64,000 nucleotides of DNA, taken from the NCBI RefSeq assembly GCF_964204645.1, contig NC_134029.1:6572001-6636000 (forward strand). Reading direction: 5' to 3'. Shown here piece after piece: positions 26,840 to 40,100 of this stretch. The first letter of the stretch is position 1. Each line of letters starts with the position of its first letter. The notes beneath the pieces were generated by a model. That model had not been told where the DNA came from and made no database searches. It saw nothing but the letters and a program-made list of their open reading frames with translations. A program made the position numbers and the translations under genes. This stretch comes from Tubulanus polymorphus (Eukaryota; Animalia; Nemertea).

Positions 26840-26853
26840 GTTTCCATGGCAAC
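26840..26853. promoter_or_regulatory. RFX X-box
   Basis: GTTTCCATGGCAAC, one difference from GTTGCCATGGCAAC; candidate donor GAGG|gtgaga about 95 bp downstream. Confidence 0.5.
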
Positions 26854-28836
26854 CTTTATGAGTGTGTATCAATATAGTTGTCCACGCATTATTAATGAAC
26901 GAAGCCGACTGGTTTTTCCCTAACTCGCCTGTATTCTACCCGTGAGGGTGAGAAAAAAGTTTTTTCCATCATTTATACGCTGCGCTTGTCGAAAAATCGA
27001 ATCGTCTATACTGCAGCAAATATGAATTCATACGCCGCAATAATCATTGTGTATATCATTGAAATATCACTGACACTCGAAGAATCGATGCTCCGGGTTG
27101 GGTAACCTCTCTAAGAAGAAGCGGCAGAAAGTTTCAGGCAATACGACACCGGATGATCGCTTATTTTCGGTAACGTTAATAGAATCGGCAAACTCGGTTC
27201 CCAGTGTCTCGGCAGAATGCGTTGAATATTTACCCATTCATCAAAAGTTTGACGTTAATGGCTTCCGCCGATAAAGCATCGCAAATAGAATATTGTTCAT
27301 CTCAAAAGACAGCCCGACGTAACATACAAACGCTTTACGTAATATCCACCATCGTGATTTGTAAGCAACCTCATATTTAGCAAACTGAATAATTTACAGC
27401 AATAAAAAGTCCCCTATTCATATATGCTCTGTACTAGACGACGAACGGCTATGAAGCGTTGGTGGTAAGTAATGATGAGCTGACGGCAGAAATTGCTGAA
27501 TGAGATAATCGTGTCAAGGGTTTGAGTACCTACTTAAATCTGTTGCAATTTTACGAAACAAAGTGAAATATGTTCAACAAAGATTTTTTTCGAATACTTT
27601 TAACAAGTTTTATCGAGCGCTAGCAGGCTGAACTAATAGCAAGAATCCGCTAAAATACTTCAGAAGATCGACCGGAATTTCAGATAAGATTCTTCTCTTA
27701 CGTCGGCGTCGATATAGATTCGATATAAACGTGAACTCTCCGCGTCTCCTTTAGTTCAAGCGTGAAATTCAAATACTTGGCAGTGCCATTTAAATTCCCA
27801 GATGCCGCAGCACAAATTAGATTGCCAGAATTCGATTTTTTCAGTCAGTTATTTTAGTATAAACATGGTACAATCTCGGCTGTAAAGATTTAGCTTTGAA
27901 TTCGCGCTTGTTTGACTTTTCTTTCTTGTCTTTCCAGAGCAGTAATTCACCTTTTTGCGCGTGGAGCCCGTGTGTGTTTTTGTGTACTGATCAGCATCAC
28001 AATTCAAAATGCGGTGATAAAGAACCTTTTTCATCTGGTGAGTAGTAACTGAGTTAACGGTCAGCAAACCTGCGACGAAGACTTCTAAAAATGTTACGTT
28101 GATGGTCTTCTAGCTTTATTACTTTATTACTTTAGTTGCGGATAACTGATATAAACATGAAAACTAACTAACAGTGTATTGACGCCTAGGAAAATAGTAC
28201 ATACATCGCTAAATATTGTCGACAATGAATACGGATAAATAAAGTTATTTTGGATTTGAATACATCGATAATTGAATTGAATTGCCCAACAACCAGTCTA
28301 GACCCGATATATTGATGACGCAAGCGCAGATCCTCGAAACAATAATCATCAAAATACATCAGAAAATGAAATAGGAGTTATGAAAAATATTCAATTACAA
28401 AATAATCGCCAAAATTCAAAATAATAATAGTAATAGTAATTTTAAAACGCCAATATTGATGACAAAGTGCACATCGACTCACACAGAACGCAACTAGGTA
28501 TCAATGTATATAAACATTATTGTAACGGTTTATACGGCGTCAAAATCAAAAATATCTGAGTGGCTGACGGCCAATCTGACGCTAATAAACAATGCATGTG
28601 ACGTCAGTTCAAATCCTCTATAGTAAGCGAACTGTCTCGAAAATATTGAATATCTTTTGCCGTAGAATTAATGAACGTCTATATAATAAATCATATCCAG
28701 AATAATCTTCCAATGTTTGACAATGACGTCAGGTATTCTATTGAATGCGTGGCCAATGCAATTAATGTAGATCACGGGTTTAAGGCGAGAACGTGGGCGA
28801 TCCGGTACTGCTGTAGTCGAATTTCTCTAACATAAA

Positions 28837-28850
28837 GTTTCCATGGAAAC
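28837..28850. promoter_or_regulatory. Perfect palindromic RFX X-box, likely CNG promoter
   Basis: GTTTCCATGGAAAC; consensus donor CAG|GTAAGT at 29108/29109 lies about 260 bp downstream. Confidence 0.55.
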
Positions 28851-28899
28851 TCGTCAACAAATATCAGGTTTTCGCAATGTGTTTTTTAATGATTACCTA

Positions 28900-29108
28900 T
28901 GCACTTAGAAATGCCGATCATTATGCACTAAAATCAAGCATCTCGCCTCACACTCCAGACGCTTAGCAGGTGGATCGTGAAGGGCACTTAAAGCGAGCTT
29001 TTTCGAGACGTGTTCTGGGTAATAGTGTTGCAAGCCTAGCAGCAGTTTGCGCTGGAAGGCCTATACTTCTCCGATATTTCTGCGTTACCGCAGTTTACAT
29101 ATAATCAG
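28900..29108 (+). other. Candidate non-coding first exon of the CNG channel gene (start approximate)
   Basis: Perfect donor AATCAG|GTAAGT, X-box just upstream, and the first coding exon at 34055 begins with an acceptor so an upstream exon is required. No ATG in frame with the channel. Confidence 0.4.
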
Positions 29109-29908
29109 GTAAGTTGTTCGGAAAGGCAGGCGTGATTATCACGTGATGTCGGAGCGAGAATGACGTCCGAGGAAATAATTGGCCGATGTATAGACTCGTC
29201 TGGAAATTTCTGAATTCAGTAATCTTATTTAGCGTCGGGTACACGTCAGGTTAGAAACTAAATATCATAGATATTACTCTAAGGCATATTACTAGTCTCG
29301 GAGTGGTATGACCTACGAGAAAGGGACGGACCTATGCAGAGTCTATTGTATAAACCAGCTCGAAACAGAACGCAGCCAATAAAGATTATCGCTTGCATCC
29401 TAACAGGGAGATAACCGCGTTAAGTGTCACGATCAAGATTAACATGTCGACAGTCGAAACCTCCTACGGCAAAACCTAGTTCATTGATGTCATTATATCA
29501 CCCGTGTTGAGACGTGCACAACAGGGTGGTGAAAAACGCCGGCATTTTGAGATTGTCAATAGATTTTTATCAAAATACGTTCGCAACGTAGAAAAAATAA
29601 ATATAGCTGCAAGGCAGCGACAACGGTTTTCTCCTTCCAATTCGTACTAGAAGATGGAATTTTCAGCGATCAATGAGTATTACAATTCGGTTGTGGAAAG
29701 AATATTGCAGAATTAGAAAATATAAGACTATTTTCTGGGATATTTTCTTTTTATGGGTTCTAGGTTCTAGGTTCGAAAATAAAAATGTTCGACGTATTTT
29801 TTTCAATACTGTACCGGTATTCTAAAATGCATATTTTGTGTGGTATGCGACACGGTACATCATGTCGTGTCACATAGAAGAAACTTTTCCCCACTGTTTT
29901 GCAGTTTC

Positions 29909-32153
29909 CCCTTACGAAAATGGTACACGTGTATTTGGCTAAATAAAGTGTAATTTCAAATTACACGTGTACTTTGGACGTGTATTTTGAAGTACATGTG
30001 TAAAACACGTGTACTTTGAAATTACACATGAACTTTGGATGTGTATTTTGAATTACACGTGTACTTTGGAAGTGTATTTTGAATTACACGTGTACTTTGA
30101 ATGTGTATTTTGAATTACACGTGTACTTTAGGAAGTGTATTTTGAATTACACGTGTACTTTAGGATTTGCATTTCAAAAACACGTGTAAATTCAGAGCAG
30201 CTTCTAAAATACACGTGTAATCTGGCTGCATGTACTGGCTAAAAATGATATATCGTTTCTCAAAATCAACCAGGTCACTTTTGTAAAGTGCAATAAAATT
30301 TAAGTACTAAATTTCTTTAGCTGCCGAGTTATTGTTTGCTTGATCATGTTCTAAAAAGGAATGGACAGTGTATAAGTGGCCAGGCTGATCAGTTTTAAGC
30401 TCGGGAGAAATGAGAAACACACGTATCATTTTTTACCCTAAGAATCCTTGTAGCGCAAACTTTAAAACATGAGCCATTATGTTCATCAAACAACCAGAAG
30501 TCCTCCTACACAAGGGATTCAGCGACTCTTGTAACTTGGATGAGATGACGATCTAGCATCACAGATCAAATAAAACTAACAGGTCAGATTAAGCTTCTGG
30601 AAACAATTAGAGCTATGTGCTCAATTTATTTAATCTTAATCTTATTAATCTAATCTCATTTAATATTAATTTAATGTACTTGCCAGAATGAATGCTTTTA
30701 CAGTAGACTCTGTGATGTTACTGCTACCACATTGACAAATAGTAGGACAGAAAATCATAAAACGATTAGGATAACTTGAATTTAATTTTCCTTAATTATT
30801 AAAACTCTGACTTAAAATGAACTATATACATATATGTATGCCATCAGGGTTCATAGTTTCAATGACCCGATTCGTTGATCAAATTGACAATAATAGATCA
30901 CAATTAACTGACTTTGACTATTAAATGTATTTATCAAAATACTTTGAAATATATTCAATACTGAAATGTTAGCTTCTCCCATGATACTAATACTGAAACT
31001 TCGATGGCACATTTTTCACCATCCTCCCCCGGCAGGGATTCGAACCTGATGGCATCAAGATTGCCACGGCACGAAACCCTGCCATAATCGACCGTGTGCG
31101 CAGATACATGCGCAGTTCAGATGATGTGATTTTTAGCCAATCAGAAATCCCGTTTTATTTTAGCCCGGGTTTCCCATTTATAGTTCTTCCTTGAAATTTG
31201 CCTCAACGATTATACAACGAGCAATCTGATTGGTGCCGCCAGTTTTCGTTCGGAAAGCTGCGCATGTACCTGCGCACCCGGTCTACTGTGGCAGGGGTTC
31301 GTGCCGTGGCTGAGTGTAGCGATGCCATCAGGTTCGAGTCCCTGCAGAGGGAGGATGATTTTTCACCTGGCATCCCTTACATCTTTACATTTATCGATCC
31401 ATTGCTAAAGCCAAGGATCTTGAAATCTACATTTTCCATTTTTCAGTAGATTTTAAGTAACAGTGAACTTGCACCTTTGACCTGCAGATGATAACTAATG
31501 ACTGATCTAGTAAAAGCCATTTGAAAATTTATCTCAGCAATAATTAAACTAGTACAACTGCTAATTTCAAATGGAAAATCAATTGAAACATCAGAAAAGT
31601 CAAGAGAACAAAAGCAGGCCACTCTTGGATCATGCTTAACGTTTTGCCTATAGCAAATTACATTCAATTGGAATATAAATTAGATAGTGCGTTGCCATTA
31701 CATTTGCATTGACCTGACAGAATCATTGTCTTCACAGTAGTTGAGATGAATTAAGACAAGTGTCCTAACAATACAATGATCAGACATGATAATGTATAAT
31801 GCCTAAGCTATAGATTATCTGTGTTTAAAAACTTCACAATCTACATGCGCGGTAAGGTAGATTGCTATCGATGACCATGACCACGAATAAATGACTCAAG
31901 AGACAATTCAATTACTTTCAAGGCCTCATCGAATTGACCGTTATGAACCATAAGTATGGTCCATCTTTTGTTGTTATATTTTTGGTCGTTTTATGCATCT
32001 AAATAGTCCATAAGAGTAGCTCTCTCTAGTAGATATTGATTTTTACGTTCTCCGTTGTCTAGATCTGCACATTGACCAATTTTACACGTGTACTTTATGA
32101 AATACACGTGTAATTTTTTTTCTCAAAATACACGTGTACCATTTTCATAAGGA
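29909..32153. mobile_element. Non-autonomous CACTA/EnSpm (CMC)-like DNA transposon with subterminal repeat arrays
   Basis: TIRs CCCTTACGAAAATGGTACACGTGTATT / AATACACGTGTACCATTTTCATAAGGA (2 mismatches), 2-bp TSD TC on both sides. About 31-bp subterminal tandem units gaattacacgtgtactttgga.gtgtatttt at 29950-30220, with shorter copies at 32080-32140. Confidence 0.8.
31020..31357. mobile_element. MITE with about 90-100-bp TIRs and 9-bp TSD (Mutator/MULE-like), nested in the CACTA-like element
   Basis: Arm catcctcccccggcagggattcgaacctgatggcatc...cagatacatgcgcag and its imperfect reverse complement ending at 31357. Exact TSD ATTTTTCAC at 31011-31019 and 31358-31366. Confidence 0.85.
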
Positions 32154-34103
32154 TCGATATTCTTTCAGTTCTAGTGAAAGCAATAGATTTCTTCATGCTA
32201 TGACCTCTTTGATGCCCTTGCAATAGAGTGCTCACACAATGCACGGATCTTCACGTACACTTCGGATAGTGGTATACATTATAGAACTTTTCATTTGCTG
32301 CTGCGTCATCTTAAACCATGTCAAGGGTCGACACTTAAAGCTGTCACCCACCGTACAATATTACACAACCGTTCAATACGAGGTCGTGTCATTGAGTAAT
32401 GAATCAAACGAGTAATGGCTAATTATTTAGTATGACGTTCCACAGGTATTGACGGTGAACCGGCTTGACAAAATCCGGGGACAAAATTACAGTAGAAATG
32501 TGTACATGCAATGTACGAACTGACAGACGCAATATCACACGCATAAAACCTTCCAAGACAGGAAGTGACAGGTATAAACGTCATCGCGTATCAAACAGCC
32601 AATAACCGCGTGACTATTTCCATAATCTGCAAGCGTATAACGCATAAAATAGTTAAAACGGTGACAGTGATTTATTTGACGATAGGATACAGTATAAGAC
32701 GGGGTCTGACAGTTGTATGACCAATCAACGCGTGACTGTATGCGTTAAACGCTTTAAAAAACGACAACAGCACCGATTTCACGTGACGAGGATTTTTTTT
32801 CGTATATCGCCTGCTCATTATAGATCTACGATTCACAATGATACGTTAATCCCCCGTTTCCAAGGTCTGAAATCTGTGTGTCGACTTTTGTGCGATAATC
32901 CGGTAAAAATTGAGCGCGGGCGTCGTTGATTGGCATCCGCTGACCGGGGTGGAATTAACAGCCAAACTATCGGTACCATACGCAATTTTCCAAGAGGATT
33001 TAAGGATAAAAATCGTTTCAACAATTAATAAGCAATTTATTTCGACATAATGACTAGAAAATCGAAAAGATTTGCATCAATCGTCCGAAAAGTGTGCTAG
33101 CTTAATGACAGGGAGCCAACAAGTTTGAAAAGTCGATTTACCATTCAATGAATTAATAGAGGGTATACTAAAAAGGAAAAAAAAACATCTTATATACATG
33201 TGTATAAAGATCTCTGAAAGAGGGAAAAGACGAGTCGAACTGAAGTGATCGGGTTCTTTGTATGTGCAGCAATTTCAATGTTGGAATCCAAGTTTTCTAA
33301 GCAAAATACGTAGAAAATAAGATCTAAAATCTTTAACACATCTTTTGACTCTGCTTATTAGAGTGCGGTGAACTCGTATGCGATTTCCAGCTTCGTTCGT
33401 GTTTGCAGGCATTGCATCATTTGCCACACGGCATGGCACTGTAAGACTGGCAGTCGTACGGAGATTGGGATTAAAATGAGCAATTCAACGTCAAATTACG
33501 CCTTAAAGACACAACTAGACGTTAACGTCAATCATTTATCTGTGTCAGATTACAGCCTGTCATATCGGCTGCGAGGCGGTTTTTCTGATCGAGGCAATTT
33601 CAGTAAATTAATCTATTCCGTTGAGAGTTTTGTGAAGTGAAAAGCTTACAACAGCTTCCGGATAACAGCCGCAAATACGAATGCCACACTAACAGACTGA
33701 TACAGCCACATATTATCGATTTGACTTTTTTGCCCTGGATCTTTCAAACTGATTTAAAGCTATATATACATATTCAATGCTGCGAAACCAGCCATCGTTT
33801 ATTGCCCAACACCTTTCATTCATACATTCACCATTACAGAAAACTACACGTTAACTACATATTATGAAATAACATCAATTAAATTTCTGTCATGAAAATC
33901 AGCTCTACAAATTTGTGCCAAAGAATTCTTACTTGATATATGATAAAAAAAGGTTCAAAAACCTTGTTCTGTGATACAAAACTTTAAGATCTCATAAACC
34001 TAACGATGAATTGTACGTAGTTATATTTATCACTACTTTATGGATATATTTTAGGTGTAAAGATGACAGGAGTCAGTTGAATGGAGGCAGTATACACCGA
34101 GGA

Positions 34104-37100
34104 ATGGCAAGCACTAGCAACGCCGGAGAAAACCACAACGACTGTAAGCAACAAATCGCTGCCACAACGCAACAGGATGATACCGATCTGGAATTGGTTG
34201 AAAACGGACGGCTCAGTCGAACACTATCGTTCCCTAATGACGACGATGACATCAGCTCAGAAATACTTCGAGTGGAGCAACGTGCGACTGAAGAGGCAAA
34301 CTTCGAGAATACTACATTCGGAAAAATCGTCCGAACAATACAGGTACGTGCGGATGAAAAACAAAACGTGGTGTTTAGGAACCAAGATCTGCTGAACCAA
34401 GGTCTGCTGCTCTCAAAATTAAGCAGATCGGTTTTCATCATGTGGAATGAATCATTCCGTGTAGATACATCCGAGAAAAGCCCACAGTTTTACTCTGTGC
34501 AATGTTTCGCAGGCAAACTCATCATCACAAATTCCGAATGAATCGTCCCCTGTTTGAAAAAACCAACCACGATCTTTGGATGCAAACATAGCATCCGTAA
34601 TGTGGATGGAATGAATCAGCCGATGTTGATAGAACAACATCGTATCAATTTCACCGCGATGTTAATGTCTTACAATCGTTTCTTTACTTCCTCGCGGGTT
34701 TCCGTGTAACGTCACCGGCACTAATCGCATTAGCTGTTGCGTGGTCGAAAAAAATGGAATAACGTTTACAGTAGCTCGCGGGGCCACGTCATTTCATATT
34801 ATGCGTTATGCTGACTTTCTTTCCATTGAATAATTGATAAATGTCTTAGAATTGGTGCAGTTGGGGAAAATGTTTTCTAACAGCCTTCCACAATTATTAT
34901 ATAGATATACTTAACGACGATTATTATCGGACACACGACAATTCTAGAACATGCATATTTTAATCAAATTAACAACCTGCCAATTAGATATTTAATGGCC
35001 CGACCTTGACCACGCTTTAATGACAATACATAGCCACATGGTATGAATATAACGTTATGTTGTGTAATGAGTTTGAAAACTATTAACCGCAAACTAATGG
35101 TTTGTGCGTTAGTGCGCGATGCAGTGTATCTCCGAGGCTATCGGTTTGCTACGTACGTGGATGTGGATTACCCGATGATTGATTCGTTATTGACAAATAA
35201 CTAGTTCGATCGGAATCGATGCCCCGGGTTGACAAGCCCGCACACTTCGGCCGTTGCTTTGGAGATAATATAATAATTATCGTTTTAGCGTCCGGCGTTC
35301 GGTACATACGTCACTACGGAACCGTAGGCACATCCGATGATAAATCACACGTAGGATATACGCATAGCTCTAAGGAGTTTTAAACTGATTTTGTGCATAG
35401 GTAGCGATATTTTTGGTAAGGTTTCAAATTGATGTTTCCACGCACAAAATCTAATTGAATCGATCGCAATGACCCTAGTAGCGTGACACCGCCCCTAAGG
35501 AGTCATAGCTAGTTTATAGTTGACATATTACTAGGTATTGAGTGTTCACCTGCGCTTCAATATGAAGTAATTTTAAACCGGTAATCACCAATCACTTTAA
35601 ACTATATGTTGAGGTATTACTCAAATAAATGAATGGTTGAATTATAAATTCCACCATTTTTACAAGCAGTAAATGATATCAGTTACTAATGTATGAAGTC
35701 TCTGAATTTAGGCCTGAATGAGTCCTGATAAGAATATAAGGCCTTTTTTAATTAATTACTTGGAGGACCGATTTTTTCAAGAAATTTCTTTTTTTTATAG
35801 GCTTCTTAAAATGGGAGGGAACAGGAAAAAATGGAAATATGCTTATTTTCATTATTTGAGTATTTTTCACTTAAAACTTGAATATTTCATGAATTTTATT
35901 CAATGATTGGAGAAATGAAAAAAAATAACTTTTTGCAAATCATAGGATTGAAAATTGAGATGAACATAACTTTTACAAAATACTTGATTGAAAATCAAGA
36001 CGGACATATTGCAAAATGTTTTTATAAAAAAATTGTAATGAAACACGAAAGAGGACTAAAGAAGGTGATTTTTTTTAATCCAATGGTTTTCGCAGAGTTC
36101 TGGGAGGCGGCTCCGTTCTCCAAGTAACTAAAAAAGGCCTAATATTAGCGTTTGGTTGTAACTGGGACGTTTTAATCTAGAGCAACGCTTAAACGGATTA
36201 GAAATGATTAGGATTAATTGAATGCCCTTGAACTTGAATAGATTCAATGTTTGGATTCCGAGAAATACATCGCTCCTCGTTAAGGAAGCCAATAGTCAAT
36301 GGAATCTTACCCGTTGAAATGATGTTATGGTAGTTGCGGCAACGTTGTGATAATTAGGAGTTTGACGACCTTTGTACGACTCTCAATGAAGTTTGAACTG
36401 TTGATGTTGTAATCAATGGAACATTAATTGAATATTATTAAGATCAGTTTCCATAATCAAACATTAACTTAGAAAATGTATTGGTATATCATAGTTTGAA
36501 TACCATTTTGGACAACTATAATACTAGTCTAATCAACTATTACGGTGTGCCCTGAAATGGAACCAAAACAGAATTTCATATCATTCATCAGATTGGAAAA
36601 TGATCGTGAAACTGGGTCCAAGGCTAGTAGTTCTATGGCTTAATTGACTAAGATATCGTCAATGGCAATACCTTTTATTCAAATTACTGCTTCTGGTATA
36701 CACGTCCTACTTCAGTGTCCAATTTACAATGACATAAGAATGGATTTACTGCCACATTTGCTTCTAAAATAAACTTCATTGCCATCATGCCCAGCAAATC
36801 ATCTAACTTATTAATGCACGGGTTATATCTCAAATATTCAAACTGAGGAAATACCTCGTTGGGTCATAATGCCATCAGATACCTACATGTTTATACCTAC
36901 TATTAATCAATGATCATCTCGATATAATGTACATCGCTTCATATATGTTATGTAAATATGGAAGTTAAAATAATTGAATACGAATACGAATACTAATCTT
37001 CTGACCATGAAACTGGATCCTACGCGGTCATTTATAGCGAACAGTTGTTGTCGAACTTATGTCAAAATTTTGGTATTCATTGATCAAGCTGCTTTAGTTT

Positions 37101-40100
37101 CAACAGTGTTGAACTATATTGGTGCAGATGTGAAATAACTTATGCGTCCACAAACAGCCGCCTTATCGAAGACGGTTCCGTGGTAGGCGAGAATTACACG
37201 CAAGTATACCCCGCCTGGCGAGGCTAATATATCACCAAATCGGATGTTGAAGACGTATATTATTTCTTCCACGCACTAAAACCCGATCAAATAGGCTCCA
37301 TTCAATATATAGAACTGATCTGGAATGGTTATTGAGCGATCTATCGATTGGATCGGCTTTCGTACGAATTTTAGTCTCAAGTAATCGGAGAGGTGAACTA
37401 GAGATATATTTCCGATAGTTACAGGGGGTTTGTTATAGTATTGCGGTGTCGGTATGATGCTTTTATCATCTCGCGGTATTGTTGCTCATTTATGTATGAT
37501 GTTGATTTGATACCAGTTGACGTATAGTGCACTTTAACGAGTATACTTTAACGTGGACGAAATAAAACCGTCATAGAATTTGAAACGTTCGACAAGTCAG
37601 GCTTTTTTTCTAGACGCACTCGATTCTGATTGCGCCTTCAACTCCGAGTATCGAAATTTACGATTCAATCTTAATCGACGGAAATTTCGACGGAAACATC
37701 GCGTGCGTGCTTGCAGCATTCTTAAACATGTTCAGTTCAAGTAAGTCTCATCATAGAAAAAAAACTACATTAGATTGAATCGAAATTTAGTCGGGGCGTC
37801 TTTTTAATGCGAGGACAGAATCAGGTTTCAGTTCCGGAGTTGTCAGTTGTGATTTGACTGAGAGTTAAGATTATTATTGAAAATGAATCGTTATATCGGC
37901 ACTTTTGGAACTGGCTCTTATGGGTTTTTTCCCTATAATTCCCGGTGTTTGAATTTACAAAAGGTCGGATGTGTTTTGAAATATTCCGTAATATTCCGCA
38001 TTAATCAGTTTTGCGATCACCGCAGATATCGCGGTCAGAGCACCACCGCACGCACAGCGGTCTATTAATGATGAAATGCTTCAAAGCGAATAATGTGAAC
38101 ACGTAATGAGTCGTCAGTGAAATCCCGTGCTACTAATTAATTTCTCCATTTGTCAGAGACTATACGGATTGATGTATTATTTGAATTATCATTACATTAC
38201 GTGATACATAGATGATAGATTATAAACCGCTACGTTTCATTGTCACATCAAACTGCGCGAGCGCGAGCGGTCATTTCTATATTAAGTCGGCCTGATATGT
38301 TCGTGTCATCGATATGGCGGTTTTACGACAGCTGAGACAATCTCTCTCTTTCGCTGTAACGGAATAGTACTATCGGGTTTGAATATGACATGTGCGCGTC
38401 GGCGAACGTGGCCTATTCCAATATCATAGATTTATTTGTTATTAAGTAAATCATATATTCTAACGGGATTCGTTGCAGCCGGCTCTTTAGAAACGACAGA
38501 ATATTGCACATGTCGATATGGCTTGAGTTATGTGCTGCGAGTGAAAATGCAAACTGATTTTTTTTTGTGTGTCAGTTCTTGCGGCATGTTGTACAAAATG
38601 TTCCCGATATTATTTTCAATATTGCGCGTTCGATTTATTTCACACGGCCGGTGACGATTGAGGAAATACATTTGCACGTTTGTCACTGACGTTTTCAGGA
38701 ATCGGTTTTTCGGGCAGCTTGTGAAATGCGAAAATGCGCAGCCATCGACTCAATTTAATAGCGCATAGGAGAAAGTCGATTGGCAAAAATTGAGCGCGTA
38801 TACCGATGAAAAGGAAATACACGGAAAACATGCGAAATGTCAATCTCTGTTAGCACATGCAAGGACGAATGGATATTTTAGTGTTTCAAATTTCAAGCAC
38901 ATTTCAAAATCTTCGTAGAGACGGATGAAGTTACCCAGTGGTAGTGAATAAATGGTGTTAACAACAGTTCAGAGATTTGTTCTAATCGATTTTTGCTTTT
39001 TGTAATCGTTTTTTTTTTAAATAACGGCGTGTCACTTGTGTTAAAAGCCTCGGTCGTACATTTGAGACAAAAATGGCCGCTCCTCAAACGACTGGTGGCA
39101 CAGTACGGGTGCTACAGGTTAGTTTGAAGATGAAATTTTAATTGGATTTTCACCAAACTGATTATTTACTTCCACTCAATTCATAAATTCGAAGGGTGAA
39201 TATTAAAATGCAAAGCATATATCGTTTTTAAAAGTATGGTAATGAATATGAAAAAAAAACAGATCAAAAATTTCCTTCCATTTAACGACCAAAATGGGGA
39301 CTGTGATGTAAATGAAATATTGTAGACTTTATCTATATCTATATGATCGCTTTTTAATGGGCAAAATATTAGAATAACAGATATCAAAATAGCCATCACC
39401 CTGAGCAACGGCGGATGATTTCTTTCAATGTTTTTTTGTTTATATGATTGGTCGCATCTACGTCATTGTCACATTTACGTCATTTTAGGTCATCCGCGCA
39501 TGGGCTGGTAAACGAAATAGCGAACAAATACCAAGACCCGATTCGTTCCTGGAAAAGTTCGGGATGGGTGGAAAAACCGAAGACAACGGCACCGTCAAAA
39601 ACAAGACTCGGAAAATATCCGACCCTAGGTAATATATATATATATACATGAGACGATATGCATTTTTTGTATAACGTATTAGAAATTTACTTTTATTTCG
39701 GGATTTTGCTATTCATTTTTAACTCGTCAAACAATCTAGTATTGACTTAATAGAGATATATTTTTCAGCTTTAAGGAATATTTTAAACTTAGGTAAAACT
39801 TTATGTATATACAATATACAATGCTGTTAAATGTCCATCACAAAACCGTCTATACTTCTATCTACCTTCTAACTGAAATGAAGCGTCTCCAATGCACACT
39901 CTTTATAGGCGTCGCCAGGATAGATTCGGAACATGAATGAACGAACCCCTTTTATTTATCTTGGTTTATATTTTACCGTTAGTCTATGTCATTACACATG
40001 AAATACAGGCTATTTAGATACACGTTTCTATAATCTGCGATCGCATCTTAATTTCAAAGTGGCAATAGCAGGTTTCGCATTTACTAACGAAGTTCGAGCC

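Noticed and set aside
29950-30220. Regularly spaced 31-bp palindromic repeats resembling a CRISPR array
   Set aside because: Units are contiguous with no unique spacers, there are no cas genes, the context is eukaryotic, and they lie inside transposon TIRs.
35370-36135. AT-rich stretch resembling a decayed DNA transposon in a CNG intron
   Set aside because: No matching TIR pair or TSD could be defined by eye.
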